From IMG/VR virus record IMGVR_UViG_3300048589_001082, positions 1 to 64,000 of that record: DNA of 64,000 nucleotides, one strand, 5' to 3'. Positions within the stretch are counted from its first letter, which is position 1, and every line of letters begins with the position of its first letter. Position numbers and translations under genes: made by a program. Below are positions 26,706 to 35,508 of this stretch, in pieces. The notes under the pieces were generated by a model that was not told where the DNA came from, did not search any database, and was given only the letters and a program-made list of their open reading frames with translations. The DNA comes from a virus.

Positions 26706-28537
26706 TGGAGCATCCTCCCGGCCAGGTACTCCAGGTCGCCGCGCAGCAGGTGGTACATGAAGTGGAAGTAGTCCGGGTCGCGCGCGGCCAGGTCTTCGGG
26801 GCTGTGGCGCATGTACTGGAGGCCGGTGGAGACGATCTCCGTCGCGCCGTAGCTGTAGACCTTGCCCATGTAGGGGTCGATGAACTCATCCCGCCAGGTC
26901 AACTCGGCCGCGTCGTAGGAGGGGTACTCGGCCAGTTGGTTAAGCCCCACCGGCGCTTCGCCGCGCGTGCGGCGGGCGTGGAAGGCCCAGGCCAGTTCCG
27001 AGACCATCTCGCTGTCGTTCTCGATGACGTGGCCCATCTCGTGAAAGACGACCGACCCCAGGTGCTCGGCCGGGTTGCCGGACAGGAAGATGTCGTTGCC
27101 GTAGGCGTAGCTGCGGTTGCTGTCCAGCGTCCGGGCGACCCGCACGCGCACCGCGTCGTCGAGCGTTGCGCTGGACACGAACTGCCGCACCTCGTCCAGC
27201 ACCTCGCGCACGGCCGTCCGCTGGCCGCCGGTCAGGGTCACGGCGGCGGCGAATGACGACCGGCGCGACTCCGGCAGGGCCAGCGCCGCCCGCGCCCCGG
27301 CGTGGTAGTGGTTATACGCCCGGCGGCGCAGGATCGCCGTTCGCTTCAGCCGCTTCTCCAGCGCCGTGATCAGCTCGTCCGGCTGGTTGCCCTCAACGGC
27401 CAGCGCGATCTGCAAGTCCAGGTCGAGCACCGCGTCGCTCAGACGGCTGTAGCGCTCCCAGCGCACGGACAGCTTCATCGCCCGCCGGCGGGCGCGCTCC
27501 GACGCCTCCGACTGGAAGACCGACTCGGCCACGCCGCGGCCGACGTACTCCGGCCGCATCGACAGCGAGTTAATGGGGGCCAGGGCCACGGCCGCGCCGT
27601 CCGCCGGCTCGCCCACACCGGCCGCGTCCTCGCGCGGGCGGTAGGCGACGGCGCAGCGGCAACCGGCGTCGGTGGGTGAGCGCATCGACCCGTCGGGAAA
27701 GGGCGTGTCCAGCGGCAGCCAGCCGGCGGCGGCGTTGGCCCGGTGGGCGTCGCGCACCCGCGCGTCCCCGGCGTCGAGCCACGACTTCTCCATCGCCACG
27801 CCCTCGGCCTCAAGCGCCCGCGCCTGGGCCTCGCCGCCCGCCTCATAGGCGTCGTTAATCTCGTAAGCGGCGACCATCTCCGCCCGGCTGCGGTAGGTCT
27901 GGGACGGGAAAAGGGGCGCGCCGGCGAAGCTCTTGAACTTTTCGGTGATGGCCTCGGCCGTGCGGTTCCACGACCAGCCGTTCTCGACCGCGCTCGTGAT
28001 GAGCGTGCGCAACTGGTCGCGCGTCGTGTCGTTGATGCGCGTGACCTGCGCCGCGGCTACGGCGCGGGCGTGGGCCACGGCCTCGGCCGACCCCACGGCG
28101 AAGCGCAGGCCCAGTCCCGTTCCGGCCAGGGCCGCTTCGGCCCCGGCGGCGTAGGCGGTGGTGCGGCCGTCGGTGATGATGTCGCGCAGGGCCAACAGGC
28201 CGCCGGGGTGGTTGCCCATGAACACGCCGTTGAGCAGGTAGTCCCACTCCTCCCAGGAGATGTCCTCGGTCAGCCGGCGGCCGGCGCGGCTCTCGCGCGC
28301 GGCGCGATCCATCCGGTCGGCCATCGCCTGGCCCAGCACGCGCACCGCGACCTCGCCCTGAAAGACGAACCACGTGGCCACGCGCCGCGCCGTCCGGCGC
28401 TCCAGGTCGCCCGTGACCGCCTCGCGGCGCGCGGCCGTCGCCTCGCGCACAAAGAGGCGCAGCGCCCGGCGCACCCGCTCGACGCGGCGCGGCCGGGTCT
28501 GCGACCGGTCGGCCAGCGGCAGGCTAAGCGCCGTCAT
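26702..28537 (-). CDS. MuF/SPP1 gp7-like head morphogenesis protein with C-terminal zincin-like domain
   Basis: INDTTRDQLR, RAEMVA..E, K.W....D.RVR..H, CRC; then FHEMGH...EIVS. Start MTALSL with GGAGG RBS. Confidence 0.85.
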   Translation of the reverse strand: MTALSLPLADRSQTRPRRVERVRRALRLFVREATAARREAVTGDLERRTARRVATWFVFQGEVAVRVLGQAMADRMDRAARESRAGRRLTEDISWEEWDYLLNGVFMGNHPGGLLALRDIITDGRTTAYAAGAEAALAGTGLGLRFAVGSAEAVAHARAVAAAQVTRINDTTRDQLRTLITSAVENGWSWNRTAEAITEKFKSFAGAPLFPSQTYRSRAEMVAAYEINDAYEAGGEAQARALEAEGVAMEKSWLDAGDARVRDAHRANAAAGWLPLDTPFPDGSMRSPTDAGCRCAVAYRPREDAAGVGEPADGAAVALAPINSLSMRPEYVGRGVAESVFQSEASERARRRAMKLSVRWERYSRLSDAVLDLDLQIALAVEGNQPDELITALEKRLKRTAILRRRAYNHYHAGARAALALPESRRSSFAAAVTLTGGQRTAVREVLDEVRQFVSSATLDDAVRVRVARTLDSNRSYAYGNDIFLSGNPAEHLGSVVFHEMGHVIENDSEMVSELAWAFHARRTRGEAPVGLNQLAEYPSYDAAELTWRDEFIDPYMGKVYSYGATEIVSTGLQYMRHSPEDLAARDPDYFHFMYHLLRGDLEYLAGRMLQ

Positions 28538-29969
28538 CGTCGTCCTCCACGGCCATTTCCAGGCGGCCGATGAGCCGGTTGACCGCGCCGACCGTCTCGG
28601 CGTACAGCCGCGCCGGCACGGTGGCCTCGTCCATGCCGTCGGACGAGGACGCGGATGCGTCCTCATCCTCGTCTTCGGCGCCCTCGTCATCCGGGGCGAC
28701 GGCCGCCGGGGCCACGGCGACCGGCGGGCCGGAGAACAGGTCTTCCAGGGTCAGATCGTCCGGCAGGTACGGCTCGATGAGCGCCCAGACGGCCGCGTCC
28801 GACCAGCCGCCGGCGCGCATCGCGCCCACCGCGCCGGCCAGGGCCTGAATGTCCTGGGGGGTGAGGACGCGCTTGGACGGCCAGCCGATGGTGTACTCGA
28901 CGTTCTCCGGCAGGATGCCCGCCAGGAGCCAGGCCCGCTCGACCAGCGGTTCGATGATCTGGTCGGCCAGCCACGCCTGGGCCGCGGCGATGCCCTCGTC
29001 GTACTGGGCCTTCTTCTCTTGCAGCACGTCCCGGTTCAGGTTCTCGCCGTAGGCCAGCAACTCCAGCGGCACGGGCGAGGCGGCGGTCATCGTCTGGATG
29101 TGGTGGCGGATGTCGCCGATGGCGTCCAGCTTCCCATCCCCCTGAAGCTCGTCAATGCCGCCCTCGAAGTTGATGAAGTAGTCGGCCTTGGCCGGGAAGG
29201 GCTTGTCCAGCGCCGCCTGGTTCTCGGCCTTGTAGGCGGCGATGTCGGCTTCCGTCGCGCCGACCAGCTTATGCACCAGGCGCACCCCGGCGTGGGCCTT
29301 GCGGCGGATGGCTACGTCGATCTCCCCCTCGTTGACCCGCTTCCACACGCCGGTGGCCGCGGCGAACTCCGGGCGGCCGTAGCGCTGCTCCGAATCGTGG
29401 AGCCAGCGGGCGTGGATGATGAGGAACTCCGGGAAGTAGACCGCGTCCGGGCCGAGCGATGCCGCGGCGACGGCCGTCTGGTCTGTCCAGGCGAAAGCCC
29501 GCTCCGGGTCGGGAAAGCGGTCGAACTCGTCCGAGAGCCGCACCATCTGGAGGGTCGGTTTGCGCGTGACCTCGACAATCTCCCGCGCGGCCGAGACGCC
29601 CAACTCCAGGAAGTCATCGCCGTCGCGCTGGGCCTGGCGCAGCCAGTCATCCAGGAGGCGCTTGAGCCGCAACCGGGACAGGAGCGTATCGACCACCGCC
29701 TGCGCCTCGTCCGCCCGCGGGCCGCCGGTGACGGTCAGGGTAAAGCCGTTCTTGGTCGCGTCGCGGGCCAGCGTGCGAATGATGCCCTGGATGCGGGGGT
29801 CGCGGTCGTACATCTCCCGCGCCCGGCGCACCGTGTCGTGCCGCCCGTTCTCGGCCGAGAAGCGGGCCACCAGGTCGGCCGTCCGCGCCGGACGCGCAAT
29901 CTCCCGCGACGTGTTGTGCGGGACGGAGGGCGTTGTCAGACTGCGCCGGATGCGATCCAGGATTCCCAT
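28524..29969 (-). CDS. Portal protein, 481 aa
   Basis: M...DPRI, RDGD.FLE, IIHAR...YGRP motifs; size; upstream of MuF. Confidence 0.85.
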   Translation of the reverse strand: MGILDRIRRSLTTPSVPHNTSREIARPARTADLVARFSAENGRHDTVRRAREMYDRDPRIQGIIRTLARDATKNGFTLTVTGGPRADEAQAVVDTLLSRLRLKRLLDDWLRQAQRDGDDFLELGVSAAREIVEVTRKPTLQMVRLSDEFDRFPDPERAFAWTDQTAVAAASLGPDAVYFPEFLIIHARWLHDSEQRYGRPEFAAATGVWKRVNEGEIDVAIRRKAHAGVRLVHKLVGATEADIAAYKAENQAALDKPFPAKADYFINFEGGIDELQGDGKLDAIGDIRHHIQTMTAASPVPLELLAYGENLNRDVLQEKKAQYDEGIAAAQAWLADQIIEPLVERAWLLAGILPENVEYTIGWPSKRVLTPQDIQALAGAVGAMRAGGWSDAAVWALIEPYLPDDLTLEDLFSGPPVAVAPAAVAPDDEGAEDEDEDASASSSDGMDEATVPARLYAETVGAVNRLIGRLEMAVEDDDDGA

Positions 29970-30002
29970 AGCTCCCTTTGTCCTGTAGGCCCGCAGGTGG
30001 GT

Positions 30003-30323
30003 CTACTGGGCCAGATCGGCCCCCGCCTGGGTAAAGGCGCGGCGGTCGCCGTGGATGGTCTTGACCTCCACCACCGCCCCGTTGTAGTCGTTGAACCGGT
30101 CGCCGATCTCCACGTCCAGATCGACCGGCCCCAGCAGAATGAGCGGCCAGAGCGCCGCGGCCGTCGTCTCGCCCCGCCGCGTCGCGCCGCCGCGGGCGGC
30201 GATCACGCGCACCGTCTGCGGCGCGAGGGTCAGCGCCCCGCGCCGGAAGGCGGCAACGAGCGGCCTCTCGGCAATGATGGCCTGCACGTCGGCGGCGATG
30301 GCCGTCAGATCGTCGGGGTTCAC
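30003..30323 (-). CDS. Head closure/adaptor protein, 106 aa
   Basis: QTVR...LDVEIGDRF motif. Confidence 0.65.
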   Translation of the reverse strand: MNPDDLTAIAADVQAIIAERPLVAAFRRGALTLAPQTVRVIAARGGATRRGETTAAALWPLILLGPVDLDVEIGDRFNDYNGAVVEVKTIHGDRRAFTQAGADLAQ

Positions 30324-30982
30324 CGGTACTCCCCTCCCCCCGCGCCCGCGCCGCGCGCGCCGATGAAGCCCACCAGCGACCGGCAGGCGTCGGCGTAAGC
30401 GGCGTCCATCTCGCCCGCCAGTTGGGCGTGGGGCTGCGTCACCAGGCGCTGCACGCTCACGTCCCCGATCTGGTAGTTAAAGCCCCGCCCGGCGGCCGTC
30501 ACGCTCGCCAGCAGGCGCAGGGCGTTGGCCTGGGCGCGCAGCATGACCACTTCCTCGGTCTGAGCCGTCAGACCGGCAAAGGTGTCGCTGAGGCTCTCGT
30601 AGGGATACCCGGCGGCGTACCAGATACCCCGCGCCGCGGAGTAGCCCGGCGTGGGGTAGAAGGTGATCTGGTTGCCGCTGATCGCGTGTCGCTCGACCGG
30701 CGAGACCGAGGCGTCATAGACGGTCAGGAAGCCGTCGCTGTTGCGCACCGCGCCGGCCGCCGGCGACTCCAGTTCAATGAGACGCTGGAAGCCGGGCGGC
30801 AGGGCATAGGCGGCCGTCCCGACTACAACCGCCAGCGTGGCGTAGAGCACGCGCGGCACGCGGTAGCCGAAGTCGCCCACCGCCTCACGCACCGCCTGCT
30901 GGTACTGGGCCGTGGTCGGCTTGCCGCCCACCGGGGGCTGCGCGGCCGTCAGGCGGGCCGTCAGGTCAGTCAGCGTACTCAT
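30320..30982 (-). CDS. Head-tail adaptor protein, 220 aa
   Basis: GT..YALP..F, I.FYPTP, YQIGDVSV motifs. Confidence 0.65.
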   Translation of the reverse strand: MSTLTDLTARLTAAQPPVGGKPTTAQYQQAVREAVGDFGYRVPRVLYATLAVVVGTAAYALPPGFQRLIELESPAAGAVRNSDGFLTVYDASVSPVERHAISGNQITFYPTPGYSAARGIWYAAGYPYESLSDTFAGLTAQTEEVVMLRAQANALRLLASVTAAGRGFNYQIGDVSVQRLVTQPHAQLAGEMDAAYADACRSLVGFIGARGAGAGGGEYR

Positions 30983-31334
30983 GGATGGCCTCGATCAGCT
31001 CCCGCTTCGTGCGGCGGCCGGGCACGAGGCCCAGCGTCCGCGCCATCTCAACCAGCTCAGCCCGCGACAGCGCCTCCAGCGCGCGGGCGTCGGCGTCGCC
31101 GTCCAGCACGTCGAGGGAGTACTCGTCCGGCTCCTCGTCCCCCTCGTCGGGCGCGTCGGCCTCAATGAGTACCACGGCCGCCGGTGGGGCGTCGGGCGAC
31201 TCCAGACCCGCCCCGTGCCGGGCGCGGGCCTGGAGGTAGTCTTGCAGGGTGACGGGCCGACCCTCGCCCGGCAGGAGGTACTTCGGGCCGATGAGGATCA
31301 TGTCATCGGTGCGGTTAATGGCCGTGACGAGCAT
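30966..31334 (-). CDS. Protein with C-terminal Rho-N/HeH-like domain, 122 aa
   Basis: LSRAELVEMARTLGL....TKRELIEAI. Confidence 0.65.
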   Translation of the reverse strand: MLVTAINRTDDMILIGPKYLLPGEGRPVTLQDYLQARARHGAGLESPDAPPAAVVLIEADAPDEGDEEPDEYSLDVLDGDADARALEALSRAELVEMARTLGLVPGRRTKRELIEAIHEYAD

Positions 31335-31346
31335 CGGCGTTCTCCG

Positions 31347-31631
31347 TCAGGCGCGATCCTGAACCACCAGCAGCAGCTTGCCGGCCGAGGTGTCTGTGCC
31401 GCCGTTGTTGCTGATGATCCCGTCGGCCGCGATGGTGAACTGTCCCGTCAGGTTGACCACGTCGGTCACGGCCGTGCCCGCGCCGGGGTAGTAGATGACG
31501 CCCACCAGGGCCTCGGTCAGTCTGACGTCAGGGGCGGGGACAGGCCCGGCCGGGCCGCCCGGCACAACGGCCACGCGGGTGTAACCGGGGGCGGTAATCG
31601 GGCGGGTAAAGGACGTGCGTTCCATACTCAT
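31347..31631 (-). CDS. Small head protein (decoration-like), paralog 2
   Basis: Shares FTI.A...I.N.GGT....GKLL...QDRA with 31665..32015. Confidence 0.65.
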   Translation of the reverse strand: MSMERTSFTRPITAPGYTRVAVVPGGPAGPVPAPDVRLTEALVGVIYYPGAGTAVTDVVNLTGQFTIAADGIISNNGGTDTSAGKLLLVVQDRA

Positions 31632-31664
31632 CTGTGTCTCTCTCCGTAAGCGGGTAGCCGTGGG

Positions 31665-32015
31665 TTAGGCACGATCCTGGTAGAAGACCAGCAGCTTGCC
31701 GTTGGTCGAAGCCGTGCCGCCGGTGTTGTTGATGGTGTTGGCGGCCGAGATGGTGAACTCCGGGGTCAGGTCGGTCATGGCGTCGATTGCGCCCGCGTCC
31801 GGCAGGTGCAGGACGCCGATGAGCGCGTCGGCCACGGCGATGCCCGTCACCGTGACGTTGCCGGCGGCGGCCCCATTGACCAGGGCCATCTTCAGGAAGC
31901 CCGTGCCCAGCTTGGGCTTGGTCACGGCCGCGTCGGCCAGGGCCGCCGTAGCGACCTTGCCGGGCAGGATGCGCCCCTCAAACGGGGCGGTCAGTTCAAC
32001 GACTGCGTTACTCAT
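31665..32015 (-). CDS. Small head protein (decoration-like), paralog 1
   Basis: Start MSNAVV with GAGGAG RBS; immediately after the capsid gene. Confidence 0.7.
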   Translation of the reverse strand: MSNAVVELTAPFEGRILPGKVATAALADAAVTKPKLGTGFLKMALVNGAAAGNVTVTGIAVADALIGVLHLPDAGAIDAMTDLTPEFTISAANTINNTGGTASTNGKLLVFYQDRA

Positions 32016-32030
32016 GGTGGCTCTCCTCAA

Positions 32031-32062
32031 AGGGGCGGACGGCCGCGCGGCCGTCCGCCCCT
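32031..32062. terminator. Perfect 32-bp palindrome after capsid gene (terminator or processing hairpin)
   Basis: AGGGGCGGACGGCCGC|GCGGCCGTCCGCCCCT; only a short T run follows on the minus strand. Confidence 0.55.
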
Positions 32063-32080
32063 ACTCCCTACCGGGCGACG

Positions 32081-34435
32081 CTAGGCGACCTTGACGTAGC
32101 CGCCCTTGTTGGCGACAAACGACCACTGGCCGCTGTACTGCTCGATGTACCACTCCTTCTGCGCCGTCAGCTTGCCGTTGGTGTCACGGTACTGGAACGG
32201 GCCGAAGAGGCTCATCGGCCGCGAGGCCAGCACGCGGTGCTGCACCAGTTCGCGGTTGACCACCAGGATGTGGCTGTCCGGCATCTGCACCGAGGAGAAG
32301 ACCGGCAGGCCCTTGACCATCATCTGCTCGAACCCGGCCGCGCCCAGGAGCGCATCGGGGAAGCCTTCGCGGGTCAGACCCGTCCAGTTGGACAGGCGGT
32401 CGGCGTTGGTCTTGGACATGACGAAGGCGGTCGGCGCGTAGTTGTCGTTGCGCACGGCCGTGGCGGCGATGCCCATCTTCTTGACCAGGTCGCCCTCGCT
32501 GTCCGAGGCGGCCGTCCACGTGCCGCCGGCGTTGCCGCTCTCGATGGCCTTGTTGATCGCCAGGTAGAACACCGCCTGGTCGATCTTCTCGTTCACCTCA
32601 GCGATGAGCGAGGAGACCGCCTGCGACATCGGGTCCCAACCGAACTGGCTCATGCCCAGGGCGGCGGCTTCGTCGTTGACCAGCACGCTCATCCGCAGGG
32701 CGGCGACGGCCACGTCCTGGTAGGACAGGGTCGTCTTGCCGCGCTGGATGGCCCCACCCTCGCCGGTGGCCATGGCGTCGTAGGTGTAGTCCACCTTCAG
32801 CGACGTGGCGTCACCGATCGTGCCCGGCGAAGCCAGGGTGTAGATACGGCCGCCGGGGTAGTCGATGCGGTAGTCCGACCACTCGGTGTAGGTGACGTTG
32901 CCGGCCGAGTTGGTCACCGTGACCGAACCGGGGCGCAGGTAGTTGTGGGCCAGGTCTACCCAGGCCCCTTCGTCGGAGGTCACAACCTCATCGGTAACGG
33001 TCGGAGCCGCGCCCGTCTCGGCCGCGTACGCCTTGAACCACACCCGCGTCGGCGAACCGTCGATGGTGCCGAAGTCGAAGATGTTGGCCGCCACCAGTTG
33101 CGGCATGGCCTCGGCGATGACCGCGCGGGACACCGAGTACGGCAGGTTCAGGTCGGTCGTGGCCGACGCTTCCATCCAGGCGCGCCGCTCGTTGTGCTCG
33201 GCGATGAGCTGCGACCGGTACGCCTTGTCGAACGCCTTCAGCATCCGCTCGGTCAGCTCACCGGCCGGGGAAGCGGCCCGCTTCGGCTCGCGCTCCACCA
33301 GGTGGCGGATCGCCAACTCCTCGCGCACCTGCTCGGAGAACTCCAGGTACTCCGGCCGGCCGGTCTCGCGCTCGATGACCGGGCCGGTGACGCGCACGCC
33401 GCGCCCCTCGACGCGGGCGGCGGCCTCGACCTTCTCGTCCTCAATCCGCTTGGCCTCGGCCGCGGCGGCCGTCTCGCGCTTGACCGCTTCGATGACCGCG
33501 TCCAGCTTGGCCCGCTCGGCGGCGACAAACCGCTTGACCGCCTCGGCGTCGGGCAGACCGGCGACCTCGGCCGACTCGCGCACCTTCTCCACCAGCGCCG
33601 CATCGTAGGGCAGCGCGGCCGTCTCGGCGGCGATGGCGTCGGCCACGGCCCGCATCCGGGCGGCCTCTTGCAGCTTCTCGTTGGCCTCGGCCAGCTTCTC
33701 CTTCTCGGCGGCCAGCCGCTTGGCCTCGGCCTCCTGGGCCTCCTGGGCGCGCTTGGCCTCGGCCAGCGCCTTCTCGGCGTCTTCCCGGCGGCGATTCTGC
33801 TCTTGCAGGTCGGCCGCCAGCTTGGCGTCAACGACGCCATTCTTCTCGTCTTTCGGTTCCATCTCTAGCTCTCTCCCCTCTCCCTTGTCGGGTTGCGTGT
33901 GTTTGTGCTCCAGAACCGTGATCCCGGCCTCCTCGAAGGAAGGCTCAAAGACCAGGTCAAACCCGGTCAACTCCAGGCGCGTCACGGTTTCGATCTCTTT
34001 CTCGGTGTCGTACTGGCTCTCGCCGTACCCTCTGAGCGACAGTCCGGGGAAGACACCGGCCTCCATGAGGGTCAGCACGTTCCGGCCCGCGTCGGTGGGG
34101 ATAATGGCTCCCTCCACCTCCACGGCGCGGGTCGTCTCGTTGAAGGCGATGGCCTCCCACTTGACGACCGTTTCCAGAACGCGCGTCCCATACGGCGGAT
34201 GGTCGGCTTCTCCGAGGATGTTGCCCTGGCTGAGCGATCGGGTGAGCTTGGCTTGCGCCATGCGGACCGCCTCGCGGAGCACGTCGGCCGGGTACAAACG
34301 GCTATTCTGGTTGACCGTGTCGGCCACCGCTCCCACGCCGCGGATGCGGCGCGGCCCGGCGGCCGCCTCACCGGTCTGCTCCAGCAGGGCGACCTCGCCC
34401 TGTACTTCTCTGAATCGGGTGTGCTTCTTGCTCAT
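32081..34435 (-). CDS. Prohead protease-scaffold-major capsid fusion protein
   Basis: T4 gp21-type protease motifs (N.N.R.YP..VL, LGEADHP, GLS.RG.G, FDLV.EPS), charged coiled coil, capsid-like C-terminus. Start MSKKHT. Confidence 0.85.
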   Translation of the reverse strand: MSKKHTRFREVQGEVALLEQTGEAAAGPRRIRGVGAVADTVNQNSRLYPADVLREAVRMAQAKLTRSLSQGNILGEADHPPYGTRVLETVVKWEAIAFNETTRAVEVEGAIIPTDAGRNVLTLMEAGVFPGLSLRGYGESQYDTEKEIETVTRLELTGFDLVFEPSFEEAGITVLEHKHTQPDKGEGRELEMEPKDEKNGVVDAKLAADLQEQNRRREDAEKALAEAKRAQEAQEAEAKRLAAEKEKLAEANEKLQEAARMRAVADAIAAETAALPYDAALVEKVRESAEVAGLPDAEAVKRFVAAERAKLDAVIEAVKRETAAAAEAKRIEDEKVEAAARVEGRGVRVTGPVIERETGRPEYLEFSEQVREELAIRHLVEREPKRAASPAGELTERMLKAFDKAYRSQLIAEHNERRAWMEASATTDLNLPYSVSRAVIAEAMPQLVAANIFDFGTIDGSPTRVWFKAYAAETGAAPTVTDEVVTSDEGAWVDLAHNYLRPGSVTVTNSAGNVTYTEWSDYRIDYPGGRIYTLASPGTIGDATSLKVDYTYDAMATGEGGAIQRGKTTLSYQDVAVAALRMSVLVNDEAAALGMSQFGWDPMSQAVSSLIAEVNEKIDQAVFYLAINKAIESGNAGGTWTAASDSEGDLVKKMGIAATAVRNDNYAPTAFVMSKTNADRLSNWTGLTREGFPDALLGAAGFEQMMVKGLPVFSSVQMPDSHILVVNRELVQHRVLASRPMSLFGPFQYRDTNGKLTAQKEWYIEQYSGQWSFVANKGGYVKVA

Positions 34436-34449
34436 GCTGCCCCTGCCCC

Positions 34450-34488
34450 AAAACGAAAAACGGCGCACCCCCCGTAGGGAGTGCGCCG
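34450..34488 (-). terminator. Intrinsic terminator-like hairpin in the capsid leader
   Basis: CGGCGCACTCCC-TACG-GGGGGTGCGCCG followed by TTTTTCGTTTT, about 15 nt before the start codon. Confidence 0.65.
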
Positions 34489-34559
34489 CGTGTCCATCGT
34501 TCCTGGCGCGTCACCGGGTATGGTGGCCCGGCCGCGTGGTATTCGTTTGTCTGACCCGG

Positions 34560-34587
34560 ATTATATGAATAGTCCAATCGCGGTCAA
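34560..34587 (-). promoter_or_regulatory. Sigma70-type promoter for the head operon
   Basis: TTGACC-16-TATAAT. Confidence 0.6.
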
Positions 34588-34643
34588 ATACTCGTTGAGA
34601 TTGGTTGCAGCCGACGGCCGCTTCCGTAGGTAGTTCTTCCCAC

Positions 34644-34804
34644 CGCGCGGCCGACCGCGCCGACCTCGGCCGCGTCCCCTGCCCGGCGGCCGTCTGTCAC
34701 CGGTCTGTCCGGCTCCGCTCCGGCGCGCCCGGCGTCCTGTCACCGGTCTGACGCGCGGCCGTCCGCACCGACCTCGGCCGCGTCCCCTGCCCGGCGGCCG
34801 TCTG
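34644..34804. repeat. 53-bp direct repeat x2 (2 mismatches) plus a 14-bp repeat x2
   Basis: 34644-34696 vs 34752-34804; CTGTCACCGGTCTG at 34694-34707 and 34737-34750. Confidence 0.9.
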
Positions 34805-34854
34805 GCGGCGGTGGGCCGCGCCGGCCGTCGCCTGTCTCGAAGGGCGTCCGGGCC

Positions 34855-34882
34855 AACAAAGGGGCCGCCCGGCGGCGGCCCC
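34855..34882 (-). terminator. Intrinsic terminator after 34912..35349
   Basis: GGGGCCGCC-4 nt-GGCGGCCCC then TTTGTT on the minus strand. Confidence 0.7.
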
Positions 34883-34911
34883 TGCTGTGATTGGCGGCGG
34901 TAATACCCTAG

Positions 34912-35349
34912 TTAGTTGGCGCTCCGCAGCGCCTCGGCCAGCTTGCGGATTTCTTCCCGCGCCTCCGATTCCTCAGAGACCCGGATTTCATCCGCCAGCG
35001 TCGCCAGCGTCGCCACCGCGTCCGCGTCGCCGTCTTCTTCGGCGGCTTTCGCCAGCCGGGTCATCCGGCTCTTGAAAGCGGCCCGGCGGCGCGGGTCGTA
35101 GGCGGCGTACCCGGCGCGGTACTCATCAAGCAGGTCATCGACGGTCATCCCGCCGGTGTCCTTCCGTTCGGCCTCACCGATAGTCGCCCGAATCTGGGCC
35201 AACACTTCGGCGATCTGCGGGTCGGTGGCCGTTTTGGTCATCCGGCTCACCTGCGCCCGCAAGGCCGCCTGTTGCGTAGGGGGAAGCTTGTCGAAAGCCG
35301 CCGCCCGCCGCAGCATCCCAATGACAGTCTGGAATGGAGTAGTGGACAT
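34912..35349 (-). CDS. Helical hypothetical protein with internal duplication (moron-like), 145 aa
   Basis: GGAGGT RBS; own promoter and terminator. Confidence 0.8.
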   Translation of the reverse strand: MSTTPFQTVIGMLRRAAAFDKLPPTQQAALRAQVSRMTKTATDPQIAEVLAQIRATIGEAERKDTGGMTVDDLLDEYRAGYAAYDPRRRAAFKSRMTRLAKAAEEDGDADAVATLATLADEIRVSEESEAREEIRKLAEALRSAN

Positions 35350-35418
35350 GGGTATTACCTCCGTATTTGGTTTTTAACCGGTTGCTTTGGGGTTATCCCC
35401 GCCGCCAATCACAAAGAC

Positions 35419-35447
35419 AGTATAACATCTGCGTTATTAGATGTAAA
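35419..35447 (-). promoter_or_regulatory. Strong sigma70-type promoter with overlapping inverted repeat
   Basis: TTTACA-17-TATACT with extended TG; ACATCT-N8-AGATGT across the spacer. Confidence 0.7.
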
Positions 35448-35508
35448 TAAGTAGAAATACTCATTTTGTTGCGATTGGTTGCGAAGGCGCGGCCGTCCGG
35501 CCGGACAG

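Noticed and set aside
34644-34804. Possible mini-CRISPR array
   Set aside because: Only two 53-bp units, spacer contains its own repeat, no cas genes.
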